The notes under the pieces are model-generated. The model was not told where the DNA came from. It made no database searches and saw only the letters and a list, made by a program, of their open reading frames with translations. From Mobula hypostoma (lineage: Eukaryota), in assembly GCF_963921235.1 (NCBI RefSeq), contig NC_086097.1:135844001-135908000 (forward strand): a stretch of 64,000 nucleotides of DNA. Reading direction: 5' to 3'. This document shows, in pieces, positions 50,086 to 63,678 of the stretch (positions are counted from its first letter, which is position 1; each line of letters opens with the position of its first letter). Both the position numbers and the translations under genes were made by a program.

Positions 50086-50820
50086 CTTATAAATATATAT
50101 ACTCCCTAACTGCACTATGGGTGTACTTACACTTCAGGGACTGCAGCGGTTCAAGAAGGCAACTCATTATCACCTTCTCAAGGGCAACTGGGAATGGGCA
50201 ATAAATGCTACTTAACTGGCAACACTCACAACTCATAAATGAATAAAAAATATGTATTTCTTACTGTAATCTATAGGTTTTTATTGTATATTTATTTATT
50301 TTATTGTATTTATTGCAATACACTGCTGCCGCAACACAACATATTTCATGACCTACACTTGTGGCTTTAAACCTGATTCTGATTCAATATCTGAGTAATT
50401 TCTGGGACATGAATCATGAGAAATTAGTGGACAGGTGCAGCAGGTAGTTACAGGGGCAAATGTTGCCCTTTATTGCAAGAGGAGTTGGAGTTTAGAAACA
50501 GAGAGGCATTGTTTAAATAGTCTACAGTATGGAATACTGTATGTTTACACCTGGAATGATGTGGCCTCTCTTAGAACATAGAACATAGAACAGTACAGTG
50601 CAAGAACAGACTCTTCATTCCACAGTGTCTAATACTGAACATGATGCCAAGTTAGACTAATCCCATCTGCCTACACGTGGTTTATATCCCTCTTCCCTAC
50701 CTGTTCATGTGCTAGTTTCCCCTTAATTGGTACTATATTAACTGCTTCCACTATCTCCCTGGCATTGTGTTCAGGCACCCACCACTCCCTATATGAAAGA
50801 AAACTTGCCTCGTACATCTC

Positions 50821-53800
50821 AAGGCATGATTTGTTGCTTCCCGGGTGCCAGGTCCGCGATGTCTCTGACCGGGTGCATGACATCCTGGTACGAGAGGGAA
50901 AGCAACCAGAAGTCGTGATACATGCTGGGACCAACGCCATAGGCAGGAAGAGGGATGAGGTCCTGAAGTGTGAGTTTCGGGAACTAGGCAGAAGGCTGAA
51001 GAACAGGACCTCAAAGGTGGTGTTCTTAGGATTGCTGCCAGTGCTACGTGATAGTGATGATAAGAATTGGAGGAGATGGCAGTTGAATGCGTGGCTGAGG
51101 AGTTGGTGTGGGGAGCAGGGTTTTGGGTTTTTAGATCATTGGGATCTCTTCTGGAGAAGGTGGGACCTGTACAGATTGGATGGGTTGCACCTGAACTCGA
51201 GGGGGAGCAATATCCTTGCAGGTAGGTTTGCTAGCATGGTTCGGGAGGGTTTAAACTAATTTGCGAGGGGGATGGGACCCAGAGTGATAGAGCAGTGAAA
51301 GAAGTGCATGGAGTAAAGCCAGATCTAACATACAGAGAGGCTTTGAGGAAAGAGAAACAGAATAAACGGTGTAAAGACAGTAAGGTAGAAGGGCTGAAAT
51401 GTGTGTACCTCAATGCAAGAAGCATGTGGAAGAAAGGTGAAGAACTGAGAGCTTGGATACATACATGGAATTATGATATAGTGGCCATTACAGAGACATG
51501 GCTGGCACCAGGGCAGGAATGGATTCTCAATATTCCTGGATTTCAGTGCTTTAAAAGGGATAGAGAGGGCGAAAAAAGGGGAGGAGGAGTGGCATTACTG
51601 GTCAGGGATACTATTACAGCTACAGAAAGGGTGGGTAATGTAGCAGGATCCTCTTTTGAGTCAATATGGGTGGAAGTCAGGAACAGGAAGGGAGCAGTTA
51701 CTCTACTGGGGGTATTCTATAGGCCCCCTGGTAGCAGCAGAGATACAGAGGAGCAGATTGGGAGGCAGATTTTGGAAAGGTGAAAAAATAACAGGATTGT
51801 TATCATGAGTGACTTTAACTTCCTTAATATTGATTGTCACCTGATTAGTTCCAAGGGTTTAGATGGGGCAGAGTTTGTTAAATGTGTCCAGGACGGATTC
51901 CTGTCACAGTATGTGGACAGGCCGACCTGGGGAATGCCATACTAGATCTAGTACTAGGTAATGAACTGGGTCAGGTCACAGATCTCTCAGTGGGTGAGCA
52001 TCTGGGGGACAGTGATCACCGCTCCCTGGCCTTTAGCATTATCATGGAAAAGGATAGAATTAAAGAGGACAGGAAAATTTTTAATTGGGGAAAGGCAAAT
52101 TATGAGGCTATAAGGCTAGAACTTGTGGGTGTGAATTGGGATGATGTTTTGCAGGGAAATGTACTATGGACATGTGGTCGATGTTTAGAGATCTCTTGCA
52201 GGATGTAAGGGATAAATTTGTCCTGGTGAGGAAGATAAAGAATGGTAGGGTGAAGGAACCATGGGTGACAAGTGAGGTGGAAAATCTAGTCAGGTGGAAA
52301 AAGGCAGCATACATGAGGTTTAGGAAGCAAGGATCAGATGGGTCTATTGAAGAATATATGGAAGCAAAAAAGGAGCTTAAGAAGAGGCTGAGAAGAGCAA
52401 GAAGGGGGCATGAGAAGGCCTTGGCAAGTAGGATAAAGGAAAATCCCAAGGCATTCTTCAATTATGTGAAGAAAAAAAGGATGACAGGAGTGAAGGTAGG
52501 ACCGATTAGAGATAAAGGTGGGAAGATGTGCCTGGAGGCTGTGGAAGTGAGCGAGGTCCTCAATGAATACATCTCTTCGGTATTCACCAATGAGAAGGAA
52601 CTTGATGATGGTGAGGACAATATGAGTGAGGCTGATGTTCTGGAGCATGTTGATATTAAGGGAGAGGAGGTGTTGGAGTTGTTAAAATACATTAGGACAG
52701 ATAAGTCCCCGGGGCCTGACGGAATATTCCCCAGGCTGCTCCACGAGGCGAGAGAAGAGATTGCTGAGCCTCTGGCTAGGATCTTTATGTCCTCGTTGTC
52801 CACGGGAATGGTACCGGAGGACTGGAGGGAGGCGAATGTTGTTCCCTTGTTCAAAAAAGGTAGTAGGGATAGACCGGGTAATTATAGACTAGTGAGCGTT
52901 ACGTCTGTGGTGGGAAAGCTGTTGGAAAAGATTCTTAGGGATAGGATCTATAGGCATTTAGAGAATCATGGTCTGATCAGGGACAGTCAGCATGGCTTTG
53001 TGAACGGCAGATCGTGTCTAACAAACCTGATAGAGTTCTTTGAGGAGGTGACCAGGCATATAGATGAGGGTAGTGCAGTGGATGTGATCTATATGGATTT
53101 TAGTAAGGCATTTGACAAGGTTCCACACGGTAGGCTTATTCAGAAAGTTAGAAGGCATGGGATCCAGGGAAGTTTGGCCAGGTGGATTCAGAACTGGCTT
53201 GCCTGCAGAAGGCAGAGGGTGGTGGTGGAGGGAGTACATTCAGAATGAAGGACTGTGACTAGTGGTGTCCCACAAGGATCTGTTCTGGGATATCTACTTT
53301 TCGTGATTTTTATTAACGACTTGGATGTGGGGGTAGAAGGGTGGGTTGGCAAGTTTGCAGACGACACAAACGTTGGTGGTGTTGTAGATAGTGTAGAGGA
53401 TTGTGAAAGATTGCAGAGAGACATTGATAGGATGCAGAAGTGGGCTGAGAAGTGACAGATGGAGTTCAACCTGGAGAAGTGTGAGGTGGTGCACTTTGGA
53501 AGGACAAACTCCAAGGCAGAGTACAAAGTAAATGGCAGGATACTTGGTAGTGTGGAGGAGCAGAGGGATCTCGGGGTACATGTCCACAGATACCTGAAAG
53601 TTGCCTCACAGGTGGATAGGGTAGTTAAGAAAGCTTATGGGGTGTTAGCTTTCATAAATTGAGGGATAGAGTTTTTAAGAGTCGCGAGGTAATGATGCAG
53701 CTCTATAAAACTCTGGTTAGGCCACACTTGAAGTACTGTGTCTAGTTCTGGTCGCCTCACTATAGGAAGGATGTGGAAGCATTGGAAAGGGTATAGAGGA

Positions 53801-54257
53801 GACTTACCAGGATGCTGCCTGGTTTAGAAAGTATGCATTATAATCAGAGATTAAGGGAGCTAGGGCTTTACTCTTTGGAGAGAAGGAGGATGAGAGGAGA
53901 CATGATAGAGGTGTACAAGATAATAAGAGGAATAGATAGAGTGGATAGCCAGCGCCTCTTCCCCAGGGCACCATTGCTCAATACAAGAGGACATGGCTTT
54001 AAGGTAAGGGGTGGGAAGTTCAAGGGGGATATTAGAGGAAGGTTTTTTTACTCAGAGAGTGGTTGGTGCGTGGAATGCACTGCCTGAGTCAGTGGTGGAG
54101 GCAGATACACTAATGAAGTTTAAGAGACTGCTAGACAGGTATATGGAGAAATCAAAGGTGGGGGCTTATTTGGGATGCAGGGTTTGAGGGTCGGCACAAC
54201 ATTGTGGGCCAAAGGGCCCGTACTGTGCTGTACTATTCTATGTTCTATGTTCTATGT
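50821..54257 (+). mobile_element. CR1 LINE, 5'-truncated in ORF1, second subfamily, multiple stops and frameshifts
   Basis: Esterase HAGTN..DGLHLN (to 51259); APE NARS and ITETW; RT PGPDG, DFSKAFDKV and FADD; (TTCTATG)n tail. Confidence 0.93.
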
Positions 54258-55071
54258 TGTGTGTTTAGCCTTCTGTCCTACTCTCTTTACACTTGAGCAT
54301 GGCTCAAACATCATCTATAAATTCATTGCTAACAACACTGCTGCTGATAGAATCTCAGATGGTGATGAGGAGGAGTACAAGAGTCAAATAGTTTGGCTGG
54401 TTGAGTGGTATCACAACCATAACCTCACACTCAGTGTCAGCAAGACCAAATAATAGACTTCAGGAAAGGAATATTGTGAGAACACACACCAGTCATCATT
54501 GAGAGATCAGTAGTGGATCTATCCTGGGCCCAAGACACTGATGTGATCCACAGGACACACTCTGGAGGCTTTACTCCATTTGGAGTTTGAAGAGATTTGG
54601 TATGTTACCAAAGACACTTTCAAAATTTCTGTAAATATTCGGTAGAGATCATTATGACTGATGGCATCACAGCTTGGCATAGATCCTCCAGTACAGTAGA
54701 TCACAAGAGTTTTCAGAATGTTGTATACTCTGCTAGCAGCAGCATGGGTACCTCTCTGTCCATCAGTGAGGACACCTTCAAAAGACGGTGCCTCAAGAAG
54801 GCAACATCCATCATTAAAGATGCTCATCATCCGGGAAATGTCCTCTTCTCATTACCTCCATTGGGGAGGAGGTACAGGATCCCGAGGATCCATACTCCAT
54901 GGTTTAAGAACCACTTTCCATTCTTTCCCTCTATTCTGAAGACCACCTTGACATTTTCTGCACTATTTGTTTAGTTGGTAATTATTAGGTCTGAATGGCT
55001 TTGCACTGTACTGCTGCTACAGAAACAAATTTCAAGTCATAAATCCGTGATAAGAAATCGGATTCTGATTC
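54258..55071 (+). mobile_element. Rex1/Babar 3' fragment
   Basis: LSVSKTK and IKDAHHPG..GRRYR; GATTCT tail. Confidence 0.8.
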
Positions 55072-56122
55072 TTTTAAACTTTTCCCCCTCTCACCTTAAA
55101 CTTCTGCCCTCTAGTATCAGGCATGTCCGGCTTGGCAAACAGAATCTGACGAACTACCTTATCTATGCCTCTCAGTATCTTATATATTCTTATCAGCTTG
55201 CTCCAAGAAAAACAATCCAGATTTGTCTATTCTCTCCTTATAGTTAATGCTCTCTATTCCAGTCAACATACTTGTAAATCTCTTTCATGTTCCTTTGCAA
55301 AATTTCTACATCCTTCTTGTAATTAAGTGATCAGAGCCGCACACAATACTCTAAATTCAAAGTAAATTTATTATTAAAATACATATATGTCACCATATGC
55401 AGTTGCAAAGTGATTTCCTAATTTTGATACTCAACACCCTGATTAACGAAGGCAAACATTTTGTTATTCCTGGAGTCAGAGGAGGTAGAGGAGGTGTTAA
55501 TGAATACTTCACTTCAGTGAAAAGCGAGAGGGACATTGATGAATGTGAAGTCAGTGTAGAACAATCTGATGTGCTGGAGGTTGAGTCAAGGTTGAGTAAG
55601 AGGATATGCTGGAACATTTGAAAAACAAGGATAAATACCAAGTTACTATAGTGTGATATGATACACTTTGGAAGGTCCAACTAGAAGGCAGAGTACAAGG
55701 TTAATGGTAGTACTCTCAGCAGTGTGGAGGAAAAAATGGATCTTGGGGTTCATGTCCATAGGTATCTCAAAGTCGCCGTGCAAGTTGCTAGGGTGGTTAA
55801 GAAGGCATATGTTGTGTTAGCTCTCATTGGTCAGTAGACTGAGTTCAAGAGCCGTTAGGTAATTTTATAGTTCTATAAAATTCTGATTGGCGTATTGTGT
55901 TCAGTTCTCATCACCTCATTATAGGAAGTATGTGGAAGAATTAGAGAGGGTGCAGAGGAGGTTTACCAGGATGCTGCCTGGACTAGATAGCATGTTTTAT
56001 GAGGATAAATTGAGTGATGATGAGAAGTGACTTGATGGAAGTGCATAAGATGATAAGAGGCATAGATAGAGTGGACAGCCAGTTTTTTAATTCCAGTGGC
56101 TAATTTGAGATGGCATACATTT

Positions 56123-56886
56123 CATTGCAAGTATGGAGGAAGAACTACAAAACTTAATTGATATAGTTGTTGAATAAAGTGCAAAAAATGGGTCTATCTA
56201 TCAATCGCAAAATGACAGAATGTATGGTGATATCCAAAAAGAAGGAGAATCCTATCTGCAGGCTGAATAAACAGGGAAGACATAAAACAAGTACAGAACT
56301 TTTGCTACTTAGGAAGCTGGGTGACATCAGATGGCAGGTGCGACATGGGCATCAAAAGAAGAATAGGGATGGCAAAAGACACCTTTACGAGAATGAAGAG
56401 TATACTGACCAATACTAAACTAGGCATGACAACCCACCTCAGAGCACTGAAATGTTGCGTTTATCCAGTTATGTTATATGGCTCAGAATGTTGGACAATA
56501 TCTAGTAATGTGAGGAAATGAATTGAAGCAGCAGAGATGTGGTTTTTGAGGAGGATGCAAAGAATATCATGGATGAAACGAATATCTAATGAGGATGTCA
56601 TGAACAGAGCAAGCACGAAAAGAGAAATAATGTATGAGATCATGAAAAGGCAACGTGACTTCATTGGACATGTGATTAGGAAAGAGGAGTTAGAATGCAC
56701 GGTAATTATGGGAACGATTGAAGGGAAGAAAGCAAGAGGAAGGCAAAGACAAATGATGATGGAGACAGCAGCCAGAGAACTGGAAATGAATACCAATGAA
56801 TTGATCCACTTGACCCGAAACAGGAGTGTGTGGTCCATGGCAGTCAAAGCTCAAACTGGGCATGGCACCTGATATTGATGATGATG
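56123..56886 (+). mobile_element. RTE-clade LINE 3' fragment
   Basis: RRIGMAK, LYGSECW, AAEMWFLRRM..ISW, GHVIRK and IEGKKARGRQR; (GAT)n tail; TSD ATACATTT at 56115-56122 and 56887-56894. Confidence 0.9.
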
Positions 56887-56994
56887 ATACATTTAAGGTG
56901 ATTGGAAGAAAGTATAGGGGGATGTCAAAGATAATTTTTTTATGTGGAAAGTGATAAAGGCATGGAAAGTGCTGTCAGGGGTGGTGGTGGAGGC

Positions 56995-58329
56995 TGTCCG
57001 TGAAGTCTGCATTCAGGTTCACGGTCCGGTCCACGGTCCGGTCCATTGATCCTTATTCCAGGTTTTCCGGTTTTCCCTTGTCCTGTATGTGCCTTAATTG
57101 AGGCACATGATTCTCATCTTGGGCTGGCTACGTAAACAGCCCCTGGGTTCAGCTTCAGTTGCTGGACTGTTCCCTTCCCTTCCCCTTCCTTGCCTGCAAC
57201 CTTGTCAAGTTCTACCACCGGAGCGAGACTGGAGCCTTGCTGTGTCAAGATAAGGAACTGTCTATCGTTGAGTTGGAACTGTCTCTGTGGCCATGCCTTC
57301 GCTGGGTAGGTCCGGCCGTTGGCCGGTTGCTGCTACCTAGTGTTGGGAACTGTCTCTGTGTCCACACCTTCGCTAGGTAGATCTGGCCATTTGCTGCTAC
57401 CTAGTGTTGGGAACCACCTCGTCGTGTTCAGAATTCTGTGTAGAGTCCCGGCCCCAAGTCCTGTTCCCAAGGAGGGGTCCTGGCTCTGTGTTCCATGTCC
57501 CTGTGTTCCTGTCTCTCAAGTCCAAGGTTCCGTGTTCCCATGCTCTAGACAAGGGTTCTGCGTTCCTGTCCTCCCCAAGACCAAGGCTCTGTGTTCCTGT
57601 TGTCCCGAGTCCAAGGTTCCGAGGTTCCTTTCATCCCAAGCCCAAGGCTCGGCTGTTGCTGAGTACCAAGTCAAGGCTTCATGTGCCTCATCCTGTCCAT
57701 GTGTCTTGTCCTGTGCTGGAGTTCTCTCGTCCTGTCCACATGCCTCGTCTTGTGCTGGAGTTCTCTCGTCCTGTCCACGTGCCTCGTCCTGTGCTGGAGT
57801 TCCCTTCGTCCTGTCCACGTGCCTCGTCCTGTGCTGGAGTTCCCTTCGTCCTGTCCATGTGCCTCGTCCTGTGCTGGAGTTCCCCTCATCCTGTCCATGT
57901 GCCTCGTCCTATGCTGGAGTTCCCCTCGTCCTGTCCATGTGCCTCGTCCTGTGCTGGAGTTCTGTCGTCCTGTCCATGTGCCTTGTCCTGTGCTGGAGTT
58001 CTGTCGTCCTGCCCAGGAGTCTCTCGTTCTGTCCTGTAGCCTCGCCTAGTCCTATCTCCCAAGACCACATCATCACATCATGTCTTTGCCTAGTTCCGGA
58101 GTCCGAGCCCAAGTCAAGACCCAGGTTCTGGGTCCTTGTCCAGTCTCCGGCTCGGAGTCCAAGCCCAGGCTCCTAGTTCCCAGTTCCTTGTCCTGGTCCT
58201 GCTTGCCTAGCCCAAGTCCTAGCCCAAGTCTGTGTTCTTGTCCCAGCTCTCTAGTCAAGTCCTGTTCCTAGTACTTCAGTGTCTGTGACTTGCATTTGGG
58301 TCCTCTCAACAACGCCCCCACTTATGACA
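56995..58329 (+). mobile_element. Solo LTR (Gypsy-like), 1335 bp
   Basis: TGTC..GACA termini; 5-bp TSD GAGGC (56990-56994, 58330-58334); orientation tentative. Confidence 0.88.
57680..58020. repeat. 39-40 bp minisatellite, about 8 copies, inside the LTR
   Basis: Unit GTGCCTCGTCCTGTGCTGGAGTTC(C)CTTCGTCCTGTCCAY. Confidence 0.92.
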
Positions 58330-59097
58330 GAGGCAGATACACTAAGGACATTTAACACATTCTTAGATAGGCACATGGATGAAAGGGCTATGTGGAAAGG
58401 AAGGATAGGATTGAACTTGGAGTGGGTTAAGAGGATGGCACAACATTATGGGCCAAAGGGCCTGTACTGTGCTGTACTAATCTTTGTTCCACATTCTAAT
58501 GTTCTATCTTCTATGCTTTATGTTTTGGTCTCCTTATTTAAGAAAGAATCTAATAGCACTAGAGTTAATCCAACGAAATCAACCAGGATAATGACTGGAA
58601 TGTGAGAATTGTCCTATCACAGTTTGTGTCTGTATTCTTTGAAGTTTAAAAGAATAAGGGGAGAGCTTATTAAAATATGCAAAATCCTGAGAAGACTTGA
58701 GTTGCTAGAAGTGGGGAGTATTTTCACAAGTGGGAGAGTTTCAACCAAGGGGTTTATTTTCAAGGTAAAAGGGAAGTCACTTAAAACTAAGATGCATTGA
58801 CATATCTTTTCGCAGAGGGTAGGAAGCCTCTGTACTCTTTAATCGAGTGGATTGCGGAGACTGGGTAGTTAGATATAGTTGAAATCAATGTAGATAAATT
58901 TTGAAAGAGCAGAGACTGAGGATGATGGGGAACCGATATAGAAGAGAAGTGAATCCAGCATAAATCAGCCATAGTCATATTGAGTGGTAGGACACACTTA
59001 AGGGGACTGGTGGCTTATTCCTGCTTTTCATTTCTTGTGCTCTTGTGTTGTTGATGCTTACACACATCTTTGTGCCAAATCTTCTTCCATTTCACAG

Positions 59098-59341
59098 GCT
59101 CGTGATGCAATCCTGATGTATTTAGCATGCCTTCTGTTAGCTATCGCATTGGCTCAGTGTCTGCTTGTTCAGTGCCTCCATGCACAATTAGTATGGTTTC
59201 AGTTCAATGGCATAGGGCCAGGTCTCAAGAAAAAGGCACTGTTTCATTCAGAATATATTGGGAGAGAGTCAACGAGAACACAAAGAAGGTTGCGCCAGAA
59301 GTGAAAGTGAGATGACCAAGAGGAAGGATAATCAGAAATGG
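59098..59341 (+). other. Candidate plus-strand exon with a signal-peptide-like short ORF (59116-59304)
   Basis: Acceptor CTTCTTCCATTTCACAG; donor GTAAGA at 59342; MYLACLLLAIALAQCLLVQCLHAQL... Confidence 0.3.
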
Positions 59342-60169
59342 GTAAGACATTAACCAGGAGTGGTCTTGTTTTCCTGCTACCATGACAATGGAAGACTCAC
59401 TGTAGCAGCTGTGCTGTTCGGATGATTAAGATTCTCGAAATTGGGAAGCCAAGCAATTATACATTGTTCAAATATTAGGATAACAGCTGTGTTTTTTCTC
59501 TTCCCAGCTATGTTGTGTCTGGATGATAGAGTGTAAATTGTACTGGGAAACATAGATATTAATAGAGCTCTATGATAATGCCTCCCTCCACTTTCACCTC
59601 CCAGAAATACCCTTCAATTCTGCCCACTTCTTCTGTTCTGAAGCTAATTGTTCTGCCACCGTCAGCCATTGAGTCCTAGAGTCATTGATATGTATAAAAA
59701 TGTGTGTATAGAGTCATGGTTGTGTATAATAAATGCTTATTACAGAATGTGGCTCTCTTGATGTATCTGTTCCAGAAGGTAGTGGATTCCAGATCACTAA
59801 GGCGGAGATGAACACATTTTTGGAAGATCAGGGAATTAAGGGTTACAAGGAACTGACAAAGATGAGTTGTAAGGGTCAATGTAGATCAGTGTAGAGTCAT
59901 ACACTCCACAGTAAAAAGCCCCTTAGGTTCATGGTGACCAAGATTCCCATCTCAGCTAGTTCCATTGACACACATTTGTCCCATATCCATCTAAACCTTT
60001 CCAACTCATATTCCTTTAAACTGCTTGTACTTCAACTTCTGGGGCTCTGAGCTCTGGTTCCCCAGCATGAACCTCCACAGCTCTCTTTCACAAGGAAAAT
60101 CGAGCAACAGTAGGCCACTTGGCCCCTCAAGCCTCCCCCAACATTCAATGTGAACATGCTGATTTACGC

Positions 60170-60908
60170 AGGAGTGCAACGAGACCTGGGTGTCATTATA
60201 CACCAGTCATTGAAAGTGGGCATGCAGGTACAGCAGGCGGTGAAAAAGGCGAATGGTATGCTGGCATTTATAGCGAGAGGATTCAAGTACAGGAGCAGGG
60301 AAGTACTACTGCAGTTGTACAAGGCCTTGGTGAGACCACACCTGGAGTATTGTGTGCAGTTTTGGTCCCCTAATCTGAGGAAAGACATCCTTGCCATAGA
60401 GGGAGTACAAAGAAGGTTCACCAGATTGATTCCTGGGATGGCAGGACTTTCATATGAAGAAAGACTGGATGAACTAGGCTTGTACTTGTTGGAATTTAGA
60501 AGATTGAGGGGGGATCTGATTGAAACGTATAAAGTCCTCAAGGGATTGGACAGGCTAGATGCAGGAAGATTGTTCCAGATGTTGGGGAAGTCCAGAACAA
60601 GGGGTCACAGTTTGAGGATAAAGGGGAAGCCTTTTAGGACCGAGATTAGGAAAAACTTCTTCACACAGAGAGTGGTGAATCTGTGGAATTCTCTGCCACA
60701 GGAAACAGTTGAGGCCGGTTCATTGGCTATATTTAAGAGGGAGTTAGATATGGCCCTTGTGGCTACGGGGATCAGGGGGTATGGAGGGAAGGCTGGTGCA
60801 GGGTTCTGAGTTGGATGATCAGCCATGATCATAATAAATGGCGGTGCAGGCTCGAAGGGCCGAATGGCCTACTCCTGCACCTATTTTCTATGTTTCTATG
60901 TTTCTATG
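60170..60908 (+). mobile_element. Young CR1 3' fragment, same subfamily as 16359-20749
   Basis: Open ORF 60150-60809 nearly identical to the C-terminus of 16452-18461; (TTTCTATG)3 tail. Confidence 0.95.
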
Positions 60909-60949
60909 TAACATTGCATTAATTTCATTTAATTTTGCCCACATTGGCA

Positions 60950-61426
60950 TCAACATTAAGGACCCCCATCACCCAGGACGTGCCCTGTTCTCATTGCTGC
61001 TGTCAGGTAGGAGGTACAGAAACCTGAAGGCACACACTCAACGATTCAGGAACAGCATCTTCCTCTCTGCCATCTGATTCCTGAATGGACATTGAACCCA
61101 TGAACTCTACCTCACTACTTCTTTATTTATATTTTTGCACTATTTATTTAACTAGTTAATATGTATATTAGATTAGATTAGATTATGAGGACATGCAGTC
61201 CTCTTTTATTGTCATTTAGTAATGCATGCATTAAGAAATGATACAATATTCCTCCAGAATGATATCACAGAAACACAGGACAAACCAAAACTGAAAAACT
61301 GACAAAAACTGACAAAATTATTTACTGTAATTTGGGTTTTTTCTATTATTACATATTGCATTGTACAGTTGCCGCAAAGACAACAAACTTCACAGCATAT
61401 GCCAGTGATATTAATTCTGATTCTGA
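60950..61426 (+). mobile_element. Rex1 3' fragment with a nested minus-strand 3' end (about 61168-61318)
   Basis: IKDPHHPG..GRRYR..RFRNS; GATTCT tail; (ATTAG)n tail of the nested piece. Confidence 0.8.
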
Positions 61427-61954
61427 ACTCTGCCTAGATTTCATCCCTCACTTGCACACAAAGGGTAATGCACAACAACCAATTATCCTATCAACACACA
61501 TGTCTCTGTGGTATGGGAGGAAACCAGAACATCTAGGAAACTAAACAGTCACAAGGACAATGTGTAAGCTCTTCAAGGGTAGCACGTGAGTTCAGGATAG
61601 ACACTAGGTCCCTCAAGCTCTAAGGCAGTGGCTCTACTAACTACAGCACCGTCGTGCGTGAGACAGTGAGAATAGTTTTCTGAAATGTTGTGTCCCAGAA
61701 ACAGCAAGGGGCCAATGTGTGTGACATCGAACGAGTGTTTATCCACCAGCTTCGTGGACAGTCACCAGGACGTTAAACTGCACCTAGCTCCACGGTTCCA
61801 GGTATGTTGGAGATTGGCCCTCCTCATCTCCCTTGAGATATTCATTGGTGAATTTATTTTTAATTGACTCATGTACTGAGGTCCAGTGAAAAATTTTGTT
61901 TTGTTTTCCAACCATACAGATCATTTTATTACAGCAACATTGAGGTACATAAGG

Positions 61955-62600
61955 AGGGAGGAGAAGATGGCGCGACGCAGCGTGCGCGGCTGTTCCGAAT
62001 GAATATCGATGTGTGTAACTAGGGGCCGTGCACAATCCGGATTTGATGGGGACAGTCGTGAAAACGCAGAGGAACATCTGGAGTAACTTCTGAAATGCCT
62101 GCTTCGCTACCGCTGCTACTGTGCGATCGAGAATCTCCGGAGATGAAGGCCCCAAATCCTCGGCTTTGTGTATCGCCTGTTGCTGGGGCTGGGGTCGAAA
62201 GGCTCAGCAGAGATGGTGCTCGGTGCTCGGTGTTGAATAGGTGGTCAGAGGCTCAGAGTTTTTCGGTCGGACTTGGAGTCGGACTGCGGTCGGATGCTTC
62301 CGGGATGCTGCTTCGGCAAGTTGGCAGCGCTGGAGGTTTACCGTCTGTGTGAGGTGATGGGACTTTCGAGAGACTCTGTGACTTTTGCTGTGCCATAGTC
62401 TGTTCTTATCAAATTACAGTATTGCTTTGCACTGTTGTAACTATATGTTATAATTATGTGGTTTTTGTTAGTTTTTAAGTCGGTTTGTCATGTGTTTTTG
62501 TGATATCATTCTGGAAAAACATTTTTATCATTTCTTAATGCATGCATTACTAAATGACAATAAAAGGGGACTGCGTGTCCTCATAATCATAATAATAATA
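61955..62600 (+). mobile_element. Non-coding CpG-rich retroposon with AAGATGGCG 5' end
   Basis: AAGATGGCG at 61964; 3' end AATGACAATAAAAG..GTCCTCATAATC matches 61180-61240 in reverse. Confidence 0.65.
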
Positions 62601-62890
62601 ATCCAGGAAAAGCAGTAACAGAATGCAGAATAGATGTTACAGATTACAGAGAAAATGCAGTGCAAGGCCATCATAATGTAGATCATGAGTTTAAGCATCC
62701 ATCTTATCATACAAGAGGATCATGTAATAGTCTTAATACAGTGGGATAGAAGTTGTCCTTGAGCCTGGTAATACGATGGGTGGAGTAGATGAGGGAACGT
62801 CTGGGACAGGACGTGCTGACTGTTTTATGGAGGCAGAGAGCGGTGTAGACAGAGTCTATGGAGGGGAGACTAGTTTCCATGATGTGCTAA

Positions 62891-63678
62891 GTTCAAAGTT
62901 CAAAGCACTTTTATCATCAAAGTATGTATATATACAACCTTGAGATCTGTCTTCTTGCAGGCAGCCGCAAAACAAAGAAACACAATAGAACCCTTTTAAA
63001 AAACCCACATAACAAAGACCGTCAAACACCCAATGTACAAAACAAGCACAACTCATGCAAACAATAAAAAGTAAACAAATGGAACACATAACATTAACCC
63101 CAGAGTCCCTGAAAGTAACTCCACAGCCACAACCTAGTTGAGTGTTGCAGCCAGTCCAGGCCCTGATGGCTGCAGGCCACAGCCACGGACCCAGTTCAGC
63201 ACTGAAGCAAGTAAACCTCTCGGATTGGTGAGCTGCTTCGTCCTTTGCCCTTGGCCTTGACGCCTTGATCTTTTTAATTTGGCTCGGTTCTTAAATTGGA
63301 CAACGTCAATTTGTCTTTTGATCTCGGGCCCGGGCCCCGCCACTTCAACCTAGCCCCAAGTCTGCTCCAGTAATCTCCAAACATTAGTTAATTTTCACTT
63401 TCAGGCCTGAGCCCCGCCACTTTGAAGCAACCCCAAGTCCGTTGCAGCAATGGCTGTTGAGGCCGTAACTGCGTTCTTGAGAGTCCATTTCGCTGAATCT
63501 TTCAGGATATTGTGAAAATGCCAGGACGTACCGAAGATTCAAAAGCCCAGCTCCCAAAGTAAAAATACAGGCCGTGGCATGCAGTAATCGTAGTTCAGAG
63601 AAAGTGAACTAATATAATAGTTAGCAGTTTTGCTTACTGCCTGTAAAGCATCGCTGTGTCTCACTAACACCATCTTTA
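62891..63678 (-). mobile_element. Non-coding retroposon related to 12823-13995
   Basis: AAAGATGGTG start at about 63677; TACAACCTTGAG at 62933-62944; (TTTGAAC)n tail. Confidence 0.6.

Larger units (their letters stand above)
55480..58510 (+). mobile_element. Old CR1 3' part hosting an RTE fragment and a solo LTR
   Basis: CR1 coding is contiguous across both insertions once the TSDs are collapsed. Confidence 0.75.

Noticed and set aside
57319..58176. 285-aa and 211-aa repetitive ORFs; CRISPR-like periodicity
   Set aside because: Stop-poor LTR minisatellite with contiguous units, no unique spacers, no cas genes and a eukaryotic context
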